Assembly: GCA_004376375.1 (NCBI GenBank)
Contig: SOJX01000096.1
Coordinates: forward strand, 20,557-84,556
Reading direction: 5' to 3'
From: Planctomycetota bacterium
Lineage (GTDB): Bacteria > Planctomycetota > E44-bin39
DNA length: 64,000 nucleotides
Made by a program: the position numbers and the translations under genes. This document shows positions 37,949 to 46,586 of the stretch, in pieces. The notes beneath the pieces were generated by a model. The model saw only the letters and a program-made list of their open reading frames with translations. It made no database searches and was not told where the DNA came from. Position 1 is the stretch's first letter, and the number at the start of each line of letters is the position of its first letter.

Positions 37949-38881
37949 ATGCGCAAGATTGCAGTAATAAATCAAAAAGGCGGCGTCGGCAAAACAACTA
38001 CCGTCGTAAACCTCGCCGCGGCTCTGGCAAGAATGGGGCAGCGCGTCCTGGCCTTGGACATTGATCCCCAGGCAAACCTTTCGGTCCACCTGAACATCGA
38101 CGTTGCCACCGCCGAGCGAACTATATACGAAGTCCTGAGCGGAACATTTTCCCTCACCGACGTAATCCAGACTCTGCCCGACGAGGGATTCGATATGGTC
38201 TCATCGAACATCGACCTTGCCGGCGCGGAGATAGAGCTCGTCAGCCAGATGGGCCGCGAAACCATACTGCGGGACGCCGTGGATGCGCTTTGCAAATCGT
38301 CGCCCGATTATGATTTCCTGATTATAGACTGCCCGCCCTCGCTCGGTCTGCTCACGATCAACTCGCTCACGGCCGTACGCGAGCTTTTCATTCCGCTGCA
38401 GGTCCAGTTCTTCGCGCTGCAGGGCGTAACCAAGCTGCTGGAAATCGCAAACCTTGTCCGGAGCCGCCTGAACCCGGACCTTGAAATCACCGGCATCATT
38501 CCGCAAATGTTCGACCAGCGCACCAAGCTCTCCCATGAAGTGCTCGAGGAGATACATACCTTTTTCAAAAACACGGTTACAAACACCGTTGTGCGGTCGA
38601 ACATCCGGCTGGCGGAAGCGCCGTCGCACGGGAAGTCGATCTTTCGCCACGCCCCCTCCTCCTTCGGCGCGGCAGACTACCAGGCGCTGGCCGAGGAAGT
38701 CCTGAACATGGTTCCGCAGGAGAGAGTCTATCAGATGCCGGAGATACCCGAGCTCCCGCCGGAGCCGGCCGCTGAACAGACGCAGAAATCCGAGGAGCCG
38801 CCCGCCGAGGGGCCGCCCTCCGAGGAGCCGAAAGACAAGCAGCTTGAGGTCGAAGAAACCTTCATGAAGCATGAAGTATGA
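37949..38881 (+). CDS. ParA/Soj-family P-loop ATPase with a Pro/Glu-rich C-terminal extension
   Basis: KGGVGKTT deviant Walker A. ParA blocks throughout. About 60-aa acidic/Pro-rich tail. TGA stop at 38879-38881. Confidence 0.85.
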   Translation: MRKIAVINQKGGVGKTTTVVNLAAALARMGQRVLALDIDPQANLSVHLNIDVATAERTIYEVLSGTFSLTDVIQTLPDEGFDMVSSNIDLAGAEIELVSQMGRETILRDAVDALCKSSPDYDFLIIDCPPSLGLLTINSLTAVRELFIPLQVQFFALQGVTKLLEIANLVRSRLNPDLEITGIIPQMFDQRTKLSHEVLEEIHTFFKNTVTNTVVRSNIRLAEAPSHGKSIFRHAPSSFGAADYQALAEEVLNMVPQERVYQMPEIPELPPEPAAEQTQKSEEPPAEGPPSEEPKDKQLEVEETFMKHEV

Positions 38882-38924
38882 AGAACAAAAAATAAAATCT
38901 CAGCCTTCATACTTCATGCTTCAT
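38863..38924. repeat. Perfect 21-bp inverted repeat (CATGAAGCATGAAGTATGAAG / CTTCATACTTCATGCTTCATG) overlapping the parA stop
   Basis: Direct reading. A-rich loop. Followed by CCTTATC tandem repeats. Confidence 0.7.
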
Positions 38925-38967
38925 CCTTACTCCTTATCCCTTATCCTGTTATGCACTCGTTTTTCGC

Positions 38968-38995
38968 TTGACAGCCCTGAAGGCCGTGATAGAAT
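38968..38995 (+). promoter_or_regulatory. Near-consensus sigma70 promoter (TTGACA-16-TAGAAT) for the 39038 gene
   Basis: TTGACA at 38968-38973, TAGAAT at 38990-38995. Confidence 0.45.
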
Positions 38996-39037
38996 GGCTC
39001 TGCTCTTCTGGACCGCCGAAAAAGGAGACAATCTGCC

Positions 39038-40279
39038 ATGGCGTCAGCTATTAAGAAGATGTCCGCACTGCTCATTCCGCTTATTCTTTCCATTATCGTG
39101 AACGTGGTCCTGATTTTCGTTCTCGTCCATCTCAATTCCAAACAGGAAGAGATGGGAATCCGCGTGCGTCAGGGCGACCGCAAGGCCAAAGAGGCTATAA
39201 AAAAGAAAGCGAAGTCGGACGACGACGTAAAAAGACTCTCCAAAATAATCGACGGAAGCGAACAAGGGGTTGGAATAATTCCTGAAGTCCAGGATACGCT
39301 TCTCAAGCCTCAAAACGTAGACAGGTTAAGCAAGCTCGAGAATATCGATAAGAAGAGATTTCTCTACCGCGAAGACCGGCAAAACCAGTACGCCCATTTC
39401 GCGGAATACATCCCCCAGCTTTATCTCGACCGCGTCCTCCTCCTGGAGGAATACGTTCGCCAGAAAACGAAGCTGTATCAACTCGAGGCGCGCGGCCTGA
39501 AGCTGGAAAACGAGAAGAACAAGGTAATCGTCCAGAAAGAGGAGGAAATCACCGACCTGCAGGAGCAAAACCAAAAGCTCGTGGAGGAGAAGGAGTCGAT
39601 CGCCAAGGAAGCGGCCGAAGCCAGGACCCAGTACATCTTCGAGAACCAGAGGCTCAAGCAGCTCATCGAAGAACAGAAAAAAGCCCATAACGAAGAGATC
39701 GCCAAGCTGGAATCCCACATCGCCGAGCGCGAGGCCCGCATCCGCGACCTGACGAAGAAGGACGCGAAAACCCTTGCCTCACTCGAGCCGGACGGGGAAA
39801 TCATCCTCGCGGAATCCGATCTCGGCGCCGCGTGGATCGACCTGGGCCGCGTAAACAACATACGCAAGGGGCTCCGCTTCAAGGTGTTCCGCTATATCAA
39901 GGGCGGGCGCCCGAAGGAAAAAGGCACCATCGAAGTCAAGAACGTGAACGACAACCACTCCTACTGCGCCATTATTGAGACCAAGGACCCGCGCGACCCG
40001 ATCGTCAAGGGCGACTATTACATCAGCCCCCTATTCGATAAGCACGAGAAGAAGATCTTCGTATTCGCGGGCGAGCTGGTGAACCTCCGCTACTCCCGCC
40101 AGGAACTCAAGAAAAAGATCGAGGAGGCCGGGGCGGCGGTCGAGTTGACCGTATCCATCCACACCGACTTCCTCATCGCTGGAAAGAACGCGGAAGCCGA
40201 CGAGGCCTTCACCAAGGCGCTCCAGTTCGGCGTAATTATCATGCGCGAGAAAGACCTTTTCGAGTACCTCGGCGACTAA
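39038..40279 (+). CDS. Membrane-anchored coiled-coil protein with a C-terminal BRCT domain
   Basis: N-terminal transmembrane helix. About 200 aa of heptad-rich coiled coil. The C-terminal ~80 aa (KIFVFAGELVN...DFLIAGKNAE...GVIIMRE) match BRCT as in LigA C-termini. Confidence 0.55.
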   Translation: MASAIKKMSALLIPLILSIIVNVVLIFVLVHLNSKQEEMGIRVRQGDRKAKEAIKKKAKSDDDVKRLSKIIDGSEQGVGIIPEVQDTLLKPQNVDRLSKLENIDKKRFLYREDRQNQYAHFAEYIPQLYLDRVLLLEEYVRQKTKLYQLEARGLKLENEKNKVIVQKEEEITDLQEQNQKLVEEKESIAKEAAEARTQYIFENQRLKQLIEEQKKAHNEEIAKLESHIAEREARIRDLTKKDAKTLASLEPDGEIILAESDLGAAWIDLGRVNNIRKGLRFKVFRYIKGGRPKEKGTIEVKNVNDNHSYCAIIETKDPRDPIVKGDYYISPLFDKHEKKIFVFAGELVNLRYSRQELKKKIEEAGAAVELTVSIHTDFLIAGKNAEADEAFTKALQFGVIIMREKDLFEYLGD

Positions 40280-40309
40280 CCGGGTCCGCATATAAAGGCA
40301 CGAAAACAT

Positions 40310-40347
40310 AACCGGCGCACCTTGAAAAAGGCGCGCCGGTTCTTTTA
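40310..40347 (+). terminator. Rho-independent terminator after the 39038..40279 gene
   Basis: aaccggcgc-accttgaaaaag-gcgccggtt followed by CTTTT. Confidence 0.55.
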
Positions 40348-40374
40348 TAAGGCTTGAGACTTGAGGCCTGAGAA

Positions 40375-40476
40375 TTTTCGATTTACGATTTTCGATTGTC
40401 GATTTCGGATCGAATTTAACCGCTGAGCCGCAGTGAAATATTTGAACCGAAGAACCGAACAACTGAAGAACCGAAG
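40375..40476. repeat. TTTCGAT heptad array followed by a GAACCGAA array
   Basis: ttttcgatttacgattttcgattgtcgatttcggatcgaa ... gaaccgaagaaccgaacaactgaagaaccgaag. Confidence 0.6.
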
Positions 40477-40477
40477 C

Positions 40478-41305
40478 CTACGCCTGGTGCAACCTCCCGG
40501 ACTGGGCGGACTCTATACTCTTCGCCAGCTTCTCTATCTTCTTTCCAAGGGGTTCCATCGCAGCTTTCTTGAGCTTCCCGTTTTTCAGCTTTGCCTTGGC
40601 CTTGCGAAGTGCGATCCGGGCCCGGTCGTAAAAGCCCGACTCGTGGAAGCTTTTCGCCGCCTCGAAATATCCGCCGGCGGGCCCCAGCTTCGGGTACATT
40701 ATCCCGTATAACGATTCAATGCCGTCAGCATAGATTTTCTCCAGAAAGTCGTTCCCGAAAAGGTAAAGCGAGCGCACGAACACCGTATCCCGTTTCCACT
40801 TGGGGAGAAGTTTTTCCAGCCTCGTCTTGGCTTTCTCGAAAAGCTGGTTTATGGTCCGCATCTTGAGCGGAAACAGGTCGGCTGCCTCGGAAAGCATCGT
40901 CTCGGCAATATCCTTCTCTTTGCTCTTTTCATACGCGGGAATGTAATGCTCTATCGAGTAGTGCTCTTCCCGGAGAACCGACATCTCATGATAGGCCTCG
41001 GAAACGTACCTGTCAAAATCGTCGTTCCCTTCGTCCGTTCTGAAGAGGAGATGCGAAAGCTCTTTAAGCTTAAAAAGGGCTTCGTCACGAAGTGTGCCGA
41101 GGCGTTCCTGGTCGACAAGCGTCGCGACTTCCGACGCATCCAGATGGAGTTTCTCGCGCTCCTCCCCATATTTCTTGACAAGTTCCCCAACCAGCCTCTC
41201 ATAGGTCTCGTATTGTTCCTGAAAATCGGCCATGCAGCGGTAGAATGACTCTACAACATCCCACATTACCCTGGCGTGGTCGTTTATCCCGGAACTCTTC
41301 ATCAA
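40478..41305 (-). CDS. Hypothetical protein (275 aa, helical)
   Basis: Long ORF with coding-like composition. No motif recognised. Confidence 0.4.
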   Translation of the reverse strand: MMKSSGINDHARVMWDVVESFYRCMADFQEQYETYERLVGELVKKYGEEREKLHLDASEVATLVDQERLGTLRDEALFKLKELSHLLFRTDEGNDDFDRYVSEAYHEMSVLREEHYSIEHYIPAYEKSKEKDIAETMLSEAADLFPLKMRTINQLFEKAKTRLEKLLPKWKRDTVFVRSLYLFGNDFLEKIYADGIESLYGIMYPKLGPAGGYFEAAKSFHESGFYDRARIALRKAKAKLKNGKLKKAAMEPLGKKIEKLAKSIESAQSGRLHQA

Positions 41306-41519
41306 TCAGCATCCTTTTTGCATTCCTGATACGGAACAGTTTTATGATTGTAACCGTCACGATGAAAAATGTCAAAATCTTTTTCAGAACCGCATGGCCT
41401 GTGGTTTCGCTCCAAAGCTAGGCCTTGACTTGTTTGCCTCTCCAAGATAGACTGTCTTGCCGGCTGCTTAAAGGCCACATCTGCCGCGAACTGCTCTCAT
41501 CCGAACAGAGGCAAACCTG

Positions 41520-43205
41520 ATGGGGACACTGATTCTCAGCCTGATAGGCCTGATGATCGCCCTGACGTACCAGGCGCCGATCACCCCGCCCGACGCCCCG
41601 CTCAGGACGACGCTTCTGTTCCTGGGAATCTTCATCGCGATGAGCATCGTCCTTGCCGTGTTTCTCAGGCAGGCGGCTCTTCGCGCCTTCGAAAATATCC
41701 GGGACAGCCATCAGGGCGGCCCGCCGATACTGGGATCGGGCGACCCCGCACGCACGCTGTACAATATGCTGACCTACCGCAATTTCGTGCGGATGAGGCG
41801 CCTCTACTGGGCGGCCGTCCTCGTCGGATTCTATATCCTCATACACAACTTCCACCTGCCGTATATTATCGAGCGGCCTCCTTTCCTGGGCCTTGGAGAC
41901 GGCACGCATTCGAAAATCATCCAGGCCCTGCCGTTCTTCACCGTTTTCATAATTGCCCTGGCTCTCTTCTGCCGGGTTGATAACGCCTTCACCGCAGGGC
42001 GCTGGAAGCTGCGGCACTACCTCGTTTATCATATCCGGTGGATGCTTGTAGTGGCGTTCCCGCTGACCTGTCTCGGCTTCACTTTCGACGCCGTTCGCCG
42101 ATACGTTTTTGACTTTGAGGCCTGGGCGTTCCGGTACCCCGCGGTTCACGTAGTCGCCAACTTCGCCGTCTTCATTGTCCTGTTTATTCTTTTCCCGCTC
42201 GTGCCGCGGATTCTCTTTCGCAACCGCTCGCTCACGCGCCGGCCGATGAGAGAACGCCTTGAAAACCTCGCAGCGCGCATGGAAGTGAAATACCGCGACC
42301 TCCGTGTATGGGTCACCGGAGGCGGAGGCGCCACGGCATTCGTCGCGGGGCCCATCAGGTGGACCCGATACATCTTCTTCGCCGACACGCTGCTCGACGG
42401 GCTCAGCGGCCCGGAAATAGAAGCCGTCGCGGCGCACGAGTACGCGCACGCGCGGCGAAACCATCTCATCGTTTACATGGGCCTTATCTTCGCCTTCACG
42501 GCATGCATCAGCCCGCTTGAAACCTATGACCTGTATTCCGCGCTCGGGATTTCGAGCGGGCTGGCGACGGAAATTAACGTTACGGCGCAGCTTGCGGCTA
42601 TGCTGGTATTCCTGCTCACTTTCAGCTACCTTGCAAAGCGTTTCGAGCTCGAGGCCGACATCCTCGGCGCGCAGGCGGTCGGCGATTTTCCCCTGTTCAT
42701 CATCATGCTCGAAAGGCTGGCAATCCTGAACGGCGTGCCGACGACCGCCTGGTCGCCCATGCACTTCTCGATTGCAACGCGAATGGAGCGTCTTACGATG
42801 TTCCATATGTTCCCCGGGGAGATCGAAAAATACCTGTCCCGGATCAGAAAAGCGAGAACCGTTATCGTCCTGTTTATCGTGCTCGGGATTATCACACTCA
42901 TAAGCGGAGGCTATCGAGACCTCACCCGCTCACCGGCAGAGATTGCCATCCGCGATTATTCCTACGCGATACACAAGCAGGACTATGTCCGGGCCTTCAG
43001 GCATCTGGAAAGGTGGGCGCCATATGTAAACCAGGAAGACGCAGCAGAAGAAGCTGATAAGCTGAGCGGGAAACTGCTGAGAGCGGGCTGGCTGGAAGAG
43101 GGCCTCCTCGCCCTCAAGCGCGCAGGCGAATTTGACACGGAAAAAAAAGCGCTCTACCAGGAAAAACTCGAGCAGTTGAAAAGACTTATTGCGCCGCGAA
43201 ACTGA
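41520..43205 (+). CDS. Polytopic membrane HExxH zinc metallopeptidase (M48-like)
   Basis: About 8 transmembrane helices in the N-terminal half. HEYAHARRNH motif. TGA stop at 43203-43205. Confidence 0.5.
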   Translation: MGTLILSLIGLMIALTYQAPITPPDAPLRTTLLFLGIFIAMSIVLAVFLRQAALRAFENIRDSHQGGPPILGSGDPARTLYNMLTYRNFVRMRRLYWAAVLVGFYILIHNFHLPYIIERPPFLGLGDGTHSKIIQALPFFTVFIIALALFCRVDNAFTAGRWKLRHYLVYHIRWMLVVAFPLTCLGFTFDAVRRYVFDFEAWAFRYPAVHVVANFAVFIVLFILFPLVPRILFRNRSLTRRPMRERLENLAARMEVKYRDLRVWVTGGGGATAFVAGPIRWTRYIFFADTLLDGLSGPEIEAVAAHEYAHARRNHLIVYMGLIFAFTACISPLETYDLYSALGISSGLATEINVTAQLAAMLVFLLTFSYLAKRFELEADILGAQAVGDFPLFIIMLERLAILNGVPTTAWSPMHFSIATRMERLTMFHMFPGEIEKYLSRIRKARTVIVLFIVLGIITLISGGYRDLTRSPAEIAIRDYSYAIHKQDYVRAFRHLERWAPYVNQEDAAEEADKLSGKLLRAGWLEEGLLALKRAGEFDTEKKALYQEKLEQLKRLIAPRN

Positions 43206-43273
43206 CGTGCCCCTTTTCAAGCTCGAATCCTGAAGATTCTTTCACCCACATGACTCATCCCCGAAAAAATGCA

Positions 43274-43356
43274 CAGGTTTCAGGCGTCAGGTTTTAGGTA
43301 TCAGGTTTTAGGTGTTAGGTTATTATTTTCTTATGCCTGAAACCTGATACCTATTA
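43274..43356. repeat. Intergenic palindrome built on CAGGTTT/AGGTWTC heptad-like repeats
   Basis: caggtttcaggcgtcaggttttaggtatcaggttttaggtgttagg...gcctgaaacctgatacct. Confidence 0.65.
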
Positions 43357-43364
43357 AATACCAT

Positions 43365-43386
43365 GCGCCCCTCCCGGGGCGCATTT
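43365..43386 (+). terminator. Rho-independent terminator (GCGCCCC-TCCC-GGGGCGC followed by ATTTT)
   Basis: Perfect 7-bp GC stem followed by a T-run. Confidence 0.55.
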
Positions 43387-43430
43387 TCCGGCTCTACTGC
43401 TCGCGTTCGACTTCAAAGGCCAGGGCAAGG

Positions 43431-43664
43431 TTACCTGTTACTGTATTTCCAGTCTTCCTCGTCCCAGGAAGGCTGGTAGCCTTCCTCGTCTTCCATAAAT
43501 TTAATGTCTTGTTTTTTCTGCCGATGATAGGCGGCCGCGGGTGAAAGGTCGCTGGCCTGCTGCGGGTCATCGATTTCGGCCGACGGCGGCAACGGGCCTA
43601 TAACGCAACCGGCCAGTTGAAAAACAAGAACCGCGATAACCAGCCATGCGAGAAACGATTTCAT
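43431..43664 (-). CDS. Small lipoprotein, hypothetical
   Basis: Lipobox FQLAGC. 77 aa. Confidence 0.45.
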   Translation of the reverse strand: MKSFLAWLVIAVLVFQLAGCVIGPLPPSAEIDDPQQASDLSPAAAYHRQKKQDIKFMEDEEGYQPSWDEEDWKYSNR

Positions 43665-43731
43665 ATTGCCTCCCCGCTCTTTATACTCATCCCCACGTTA
43701 CGCGCTGCAATCATCCCGGGCATCACTGCTA

Positions 43732-44253
43732 TTACCGGGAAAACTCTTTGTATCGCTCCTGCGCCTTGTCCGTGAAAAGGGTTTCGATAAGGCCACGCAG
43801 ACCCGGCGCCGGCTGGTAGTAACCAAGCGTCGGCGGCTTGTCCTCTTTTATTTCAATCAATACCCGCACAATTCCTTCATCGGCAAACAGGTAGCAGTCG
43901 CGCCATACGACCTTTTGTTCCTCGTAATGCGTAAACACCAGCGAGATTTCAAAGTACTTGCGGACAATATCGGCGCCGCCGCCGCTGCCTTCCGATGCAC
44001 GCACTTCTTTCCGGTATGCGGTGTATTTATCCGCCAGAGCTTTTTTCCTGTCTCCGTCGGCAGGATCAAAGGGCGTCAGGTCCTTCAGGAGCTTCGGCAG
44101 CCACTCGAACGCGGCTTCGCCCGGCAGGATCTCATAAAACCCGTCTCCCGATTTTTCATACTTGGCGAGCGAAACAAAAGTGCCGTTCAGGTGCGAACAT
44201 CCGGCAACCAGGGCAACTGCACAGAGGACCGATAAAAGGCGAATTGTCCGCAT
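43732..44253 (-). CDS. Lipoprotein, hypothetical
   Basis: Lipobox ALVAGCSH. 173 aa. Confidence 0.5.
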   Translation of the reverse strand: MRTIRLLSVLCAVALVAGCSHLNGTFVSLAKYEKSGDGFYEILPGEAAFEWLPKLLKDLTPFDPADGDRKKALADKYTAYRKEVRASEGSGGGADIVRKYFEISLVFTHYEEQKVVWRDCYLFADEGIVRVLIEIKEDKPPTLGYYQPAPGLRGLIETLFTDKAQERYKEFSR

Positions 44254-44280
44254 ATTGATCTCCGATCAAGTATTTCTTAA

Positions 44281-44385
44281 TATTTAGTGCTTCTTACTTG
44301 GTTCTTGGTTCTTGGTTCTTGGTTCTTGGTTCTTGGTACTTGGTACTTGGTACTTGGTACTTGGTACTTGGTACTTCTTATCACG
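44281..44385. repeat. Tandem heptad array (GGTTCTT)x5 then (GGTACTT)x6 ending GGTACTTCTTA
   Basis: Direct reading. Generates spurious ORFs in three frames. Confidence 0.8.
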
Positions 44386-44388
44386 CAA

Positions 44389-44484
44389 TTATTTGCCGCG
44401 TTTCTTGCGACGACGACGACGGGCGCGGCGCTTTTTCGAGCCGATCTTACGGCGCCCGCGGCCCGTTTTCTTTCCACTGGCCAT
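44389..44484 (-). CDS. 31-aa arginine/lysine-rich small protein (MASGKKTGRGRRKIGSKKRRARRRRRKKRGK)
   Basis: ATG at 44484 preceded by GGGAGA at the right distance. TAA at 44389. Too short for the ORF table. Flanked on both sides by heptad arrays. Confidence 0.4.
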   Translation of the reverse strand: MASGKKTGRGRRKIGSKKRRARRRRRKKRGK

Positions 44485-44559
44485 ATCCGTCTCCCGTACT
44501 TTGAGTTACGACTGGTAGGATACCAAATGAATATCTGTATAACAAGTGAAAAATCATCT

Positions 44560-44650
44560 TGAGTACCGAGTATCGAGTTACGAGTTTCGAGTAAAAACAT
44601 AATTGCGGAATTCTTCACTCGGTACTCGGTACTCGGTACTCGATACTTCT
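44560..44650. repeat. Inverted heptad arrays (CGAGTAN)n / (CGGTACT)n ending GGTACTTCTTA-G
   Basis: gagtaccgagtatcgagttacgagtttcgagt...actcggtactcggtactcggtactcgatacttcttag. Its TTA is the complement of the TAA stop of the permease gene. Confidence 0.75.
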
Positions 44651-45531
44651 TAGAACCTGCCGAGCGCGCGGGGCGGGCGGACCGCAATATTGAAAACGCA
44701 CAGGACGACAATCGTCAGGACGTAGGGCAGCATGCGCCACACTTCCTCCGGCACCCCGAAACCGGTAAGCGCGTAACCGGCTTCATAAGCTGCGCCGATG
44801 AGAAGACACGCAGCCGCCGTTCTGACGGGCCGCCAGTTTCCCATTATCAGCGCGGCAATCGCGATAAAACCACGGCCGTGCGTTATCGTAGTCATAAACT
44901 GGTTCAGGTAGCCTATGGAAAGAAAAGCGCCTCCAAGCCCGCAGAGAATCCCGGAACACAGGAGCGCGAAATACCTGACCCGCCTTGGAGAAACGCCGGT
45001 GGCAACGAGCGCGGACGGGTCTTCCCCGGCCGCGCGGAGGTTGAGCCCGAAAACGGTCCGCCTGAGAATAAACCACACAACGATAACCGCGACAAACGCC
45101 ACCGGGACAAGAATCGAAATCTCCCGGCGGAAATCTCCGAATGCAATCGGAATGGAAAACAGCTTTTCGACCGGCGGCGAATTCTGGCTTATGTTCCATA
45201 TCCGCTTGACGAGAAAAGCGCAAATCCCCGCCGCGAGAAGATTCATGACTATTCCGGCCACGATCTGGTCGGCGCGGAGGTCCAGGCACAGGAACGCGTA
45301 AACAAGCGCGAAAACGGCGGCGGCGATGACTGCGCCGATCAGACCTGCAAGCGGCGAGCCGGTAACGTAGGTAACCAGCACGGCCCCAAACGCGCCAACC
45401 AGCATGAACCCCTCGAGCGCAAGGTTTATCACGCCCGCCCGCTCCGAGCACAGCCCGCCGAGCGCGGCGAAAATAAGCGGCGTCGCCCCCGCGAGCGCGC
45501 CGAGTATCAGCCCGAGAATTACCGCGGTCAT
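44650..45531 (-). CDS. ABC transporter permease (BMP-family nucleoside transporter, second permease)
   Basis: ATG at 45531 overlaps the upstream stop (ATGA). About 9 transmembrane helices. The table ORF is extended to 45771. Confidence 0.7.
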   Translation of the reverse strand: MTAVILGLILGALAGATPLIFAALGGLCSERAGVINLALEGFMLVGAFGAVLVTYVTGSPLAGLIGAVIAAAVFALVYAFLCLDLRADQIVAGIVMNLLAAGICAFLVKRIWNISQNSPPVEKLFSIPIAFGDFRREISILVPVAFVAVIVVWFILRRTVFGLNLRAAGEDPSALVATGVSPRRVRYFALLCSGILCGLGGAFLSIGYLNQFMTTITHGRGFIAIAALIMGNWRPVRTAAACLLIGAAYEAGYALTGFGVPEEVWRMLPYVLTIVVLCVFNIAVRPPRALGRF

Positions 45532-46586
45532 GCGGCACCCCGCTCTTGCGACCGCAAGGTTTTCAAAATCCGCGCCAGCATCGGCGTCAGCCTCCGCGCC
45601 GAAATCGTAAGAACAAGCGTCATCGTTATTATCAGGGTAAGATCGCTGGAGAGCGCAAGCTCCTGCTCGAGCCAGAAACCGCCGACCTTCAACACGCCGA
45701 AAAGCAGGGCGACCGGCACGACCGCAAGCGGGTTGTTCCGCGCCACCAGCGCGACCGCAATGCCGAGCCACCCCGCGCCCCCGGAAATATCGGGAAGATA
45801 TGCGAAACTCTCGCCGAGGACTCTGCTCGCACCGGCAAGACCGGCCATCGCGCCCGAGACGCCGAGCGCGAAAAGCATCACCTTTCCGACATTAATTCCC
45901 TGGTAACGGCTGACGTTGCTGTCGGCGCCGACCGCTCGTACTTTGAAAGCCGCGCTCGTGTAACGCTCGTAAAGAAAAACGAGAATAACCATTGCCAGGG
46001 CAATCGCGCACCCGATATGGATTCCCCCCACACCCGGAAGGTGCGCTGCGGCTGCAATCGGCGGCGACTTGTAAGCCCCGGGCGTACCGGCCCACACGCG
46101 CATCAGCCACTCGAACAGGATATTGAGTATATGGAACAGCATAATTCCGGTAATGACTTCACTGGCGCCGAACCGCACGCGGAGAAGCGCCATAACAAGC
46201 CCGACGGCGCCGGCGGCGGCGGCGGCCAAAATAAAGGCGAGCGGGATAAGCAACAGGCCCGAGCCGACGGGCCAGGAACCGACCCACGCCGCCACGAATG
46301 CGCCCGCGAGCACCTGCCCTTCGATGCCGATGTTGAACAATCCGCCGCGCATCGCGAATGCGAACGCAAGGCCGGTAAAGACAAGCGGGGTTGCGGCGAG
46401 AATCGTGCGTGAAAAAGAAATCCAGCTTCCAAAAGCACCGCGCAGAATAGCGCCGTAGGCGGCAAAAGGGCTCCGCCCGGCGGCCAATACGAAAACACCG
46501 CCGACCAGGAGCGCGATGATAAACGCAATCGAGACTTCGAGTGCCGCGTGTTTCCAGTCTTCCCGATTCTTCCCGCCCCGCATCAT
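45528..46586 (-). CDS. ABC transporter permease (BMP-family nucleoside transporter, first permease)
   Basis: ATGATG start at 46586 overlaps the ATPase stop. Polytopic. Confidence 0.7.
   Translation of the reverse strand: MMRGGKNREDWKHAALEVSIAFIIALLVGGVFVLAAGRSPFAAYGAILRGAFGSWISFSRTILAATPLVFTGLAFAFAMRGGLFNIGIEGQVLAGAFVAAWVGSWPVGSGLLLIPLAFILAAAAAGAVGLVMALLRVRFGASEVITGIMLFHILNILFEWLMRVWAGTPGAYKSPPIAAAAHLPGVGGIHIGCAIALAMVILVFLYERYTSAAFKVRAVGADSNVSRYQGINVGKVMLFALGVSGAMAGLAGASRVLGESFAYLPDISGGAGWLGIAVALVARNNPLAVVPVALLFGVLKVGGFWLEQELALSSDLTLIITMTLVLTISARRLTPMLARILKTLRSQERGAA

Noticed and set aside
44287-44562. Three overlapping plus-strand ORFs (MLLTWFLVLGSWFLVLG..., MVLGSWFLVLG..., etc.)
   Set aside because: They are translations of the GGTTCTT/GGTACTT heptad array in three frames and are low-complexity artefacts.
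45546-46412. Plus-strand 288-aa ORF inside the permease gene, and similar Arg-rich ORFs at 4309..5304, 55261..55989 and 58975..60210
   Set aside because: These are typical antisense or off-frame ORFs of high-GC coding DNA. They are Arg/Pro/Gly-rich and overlap well-supported genes.
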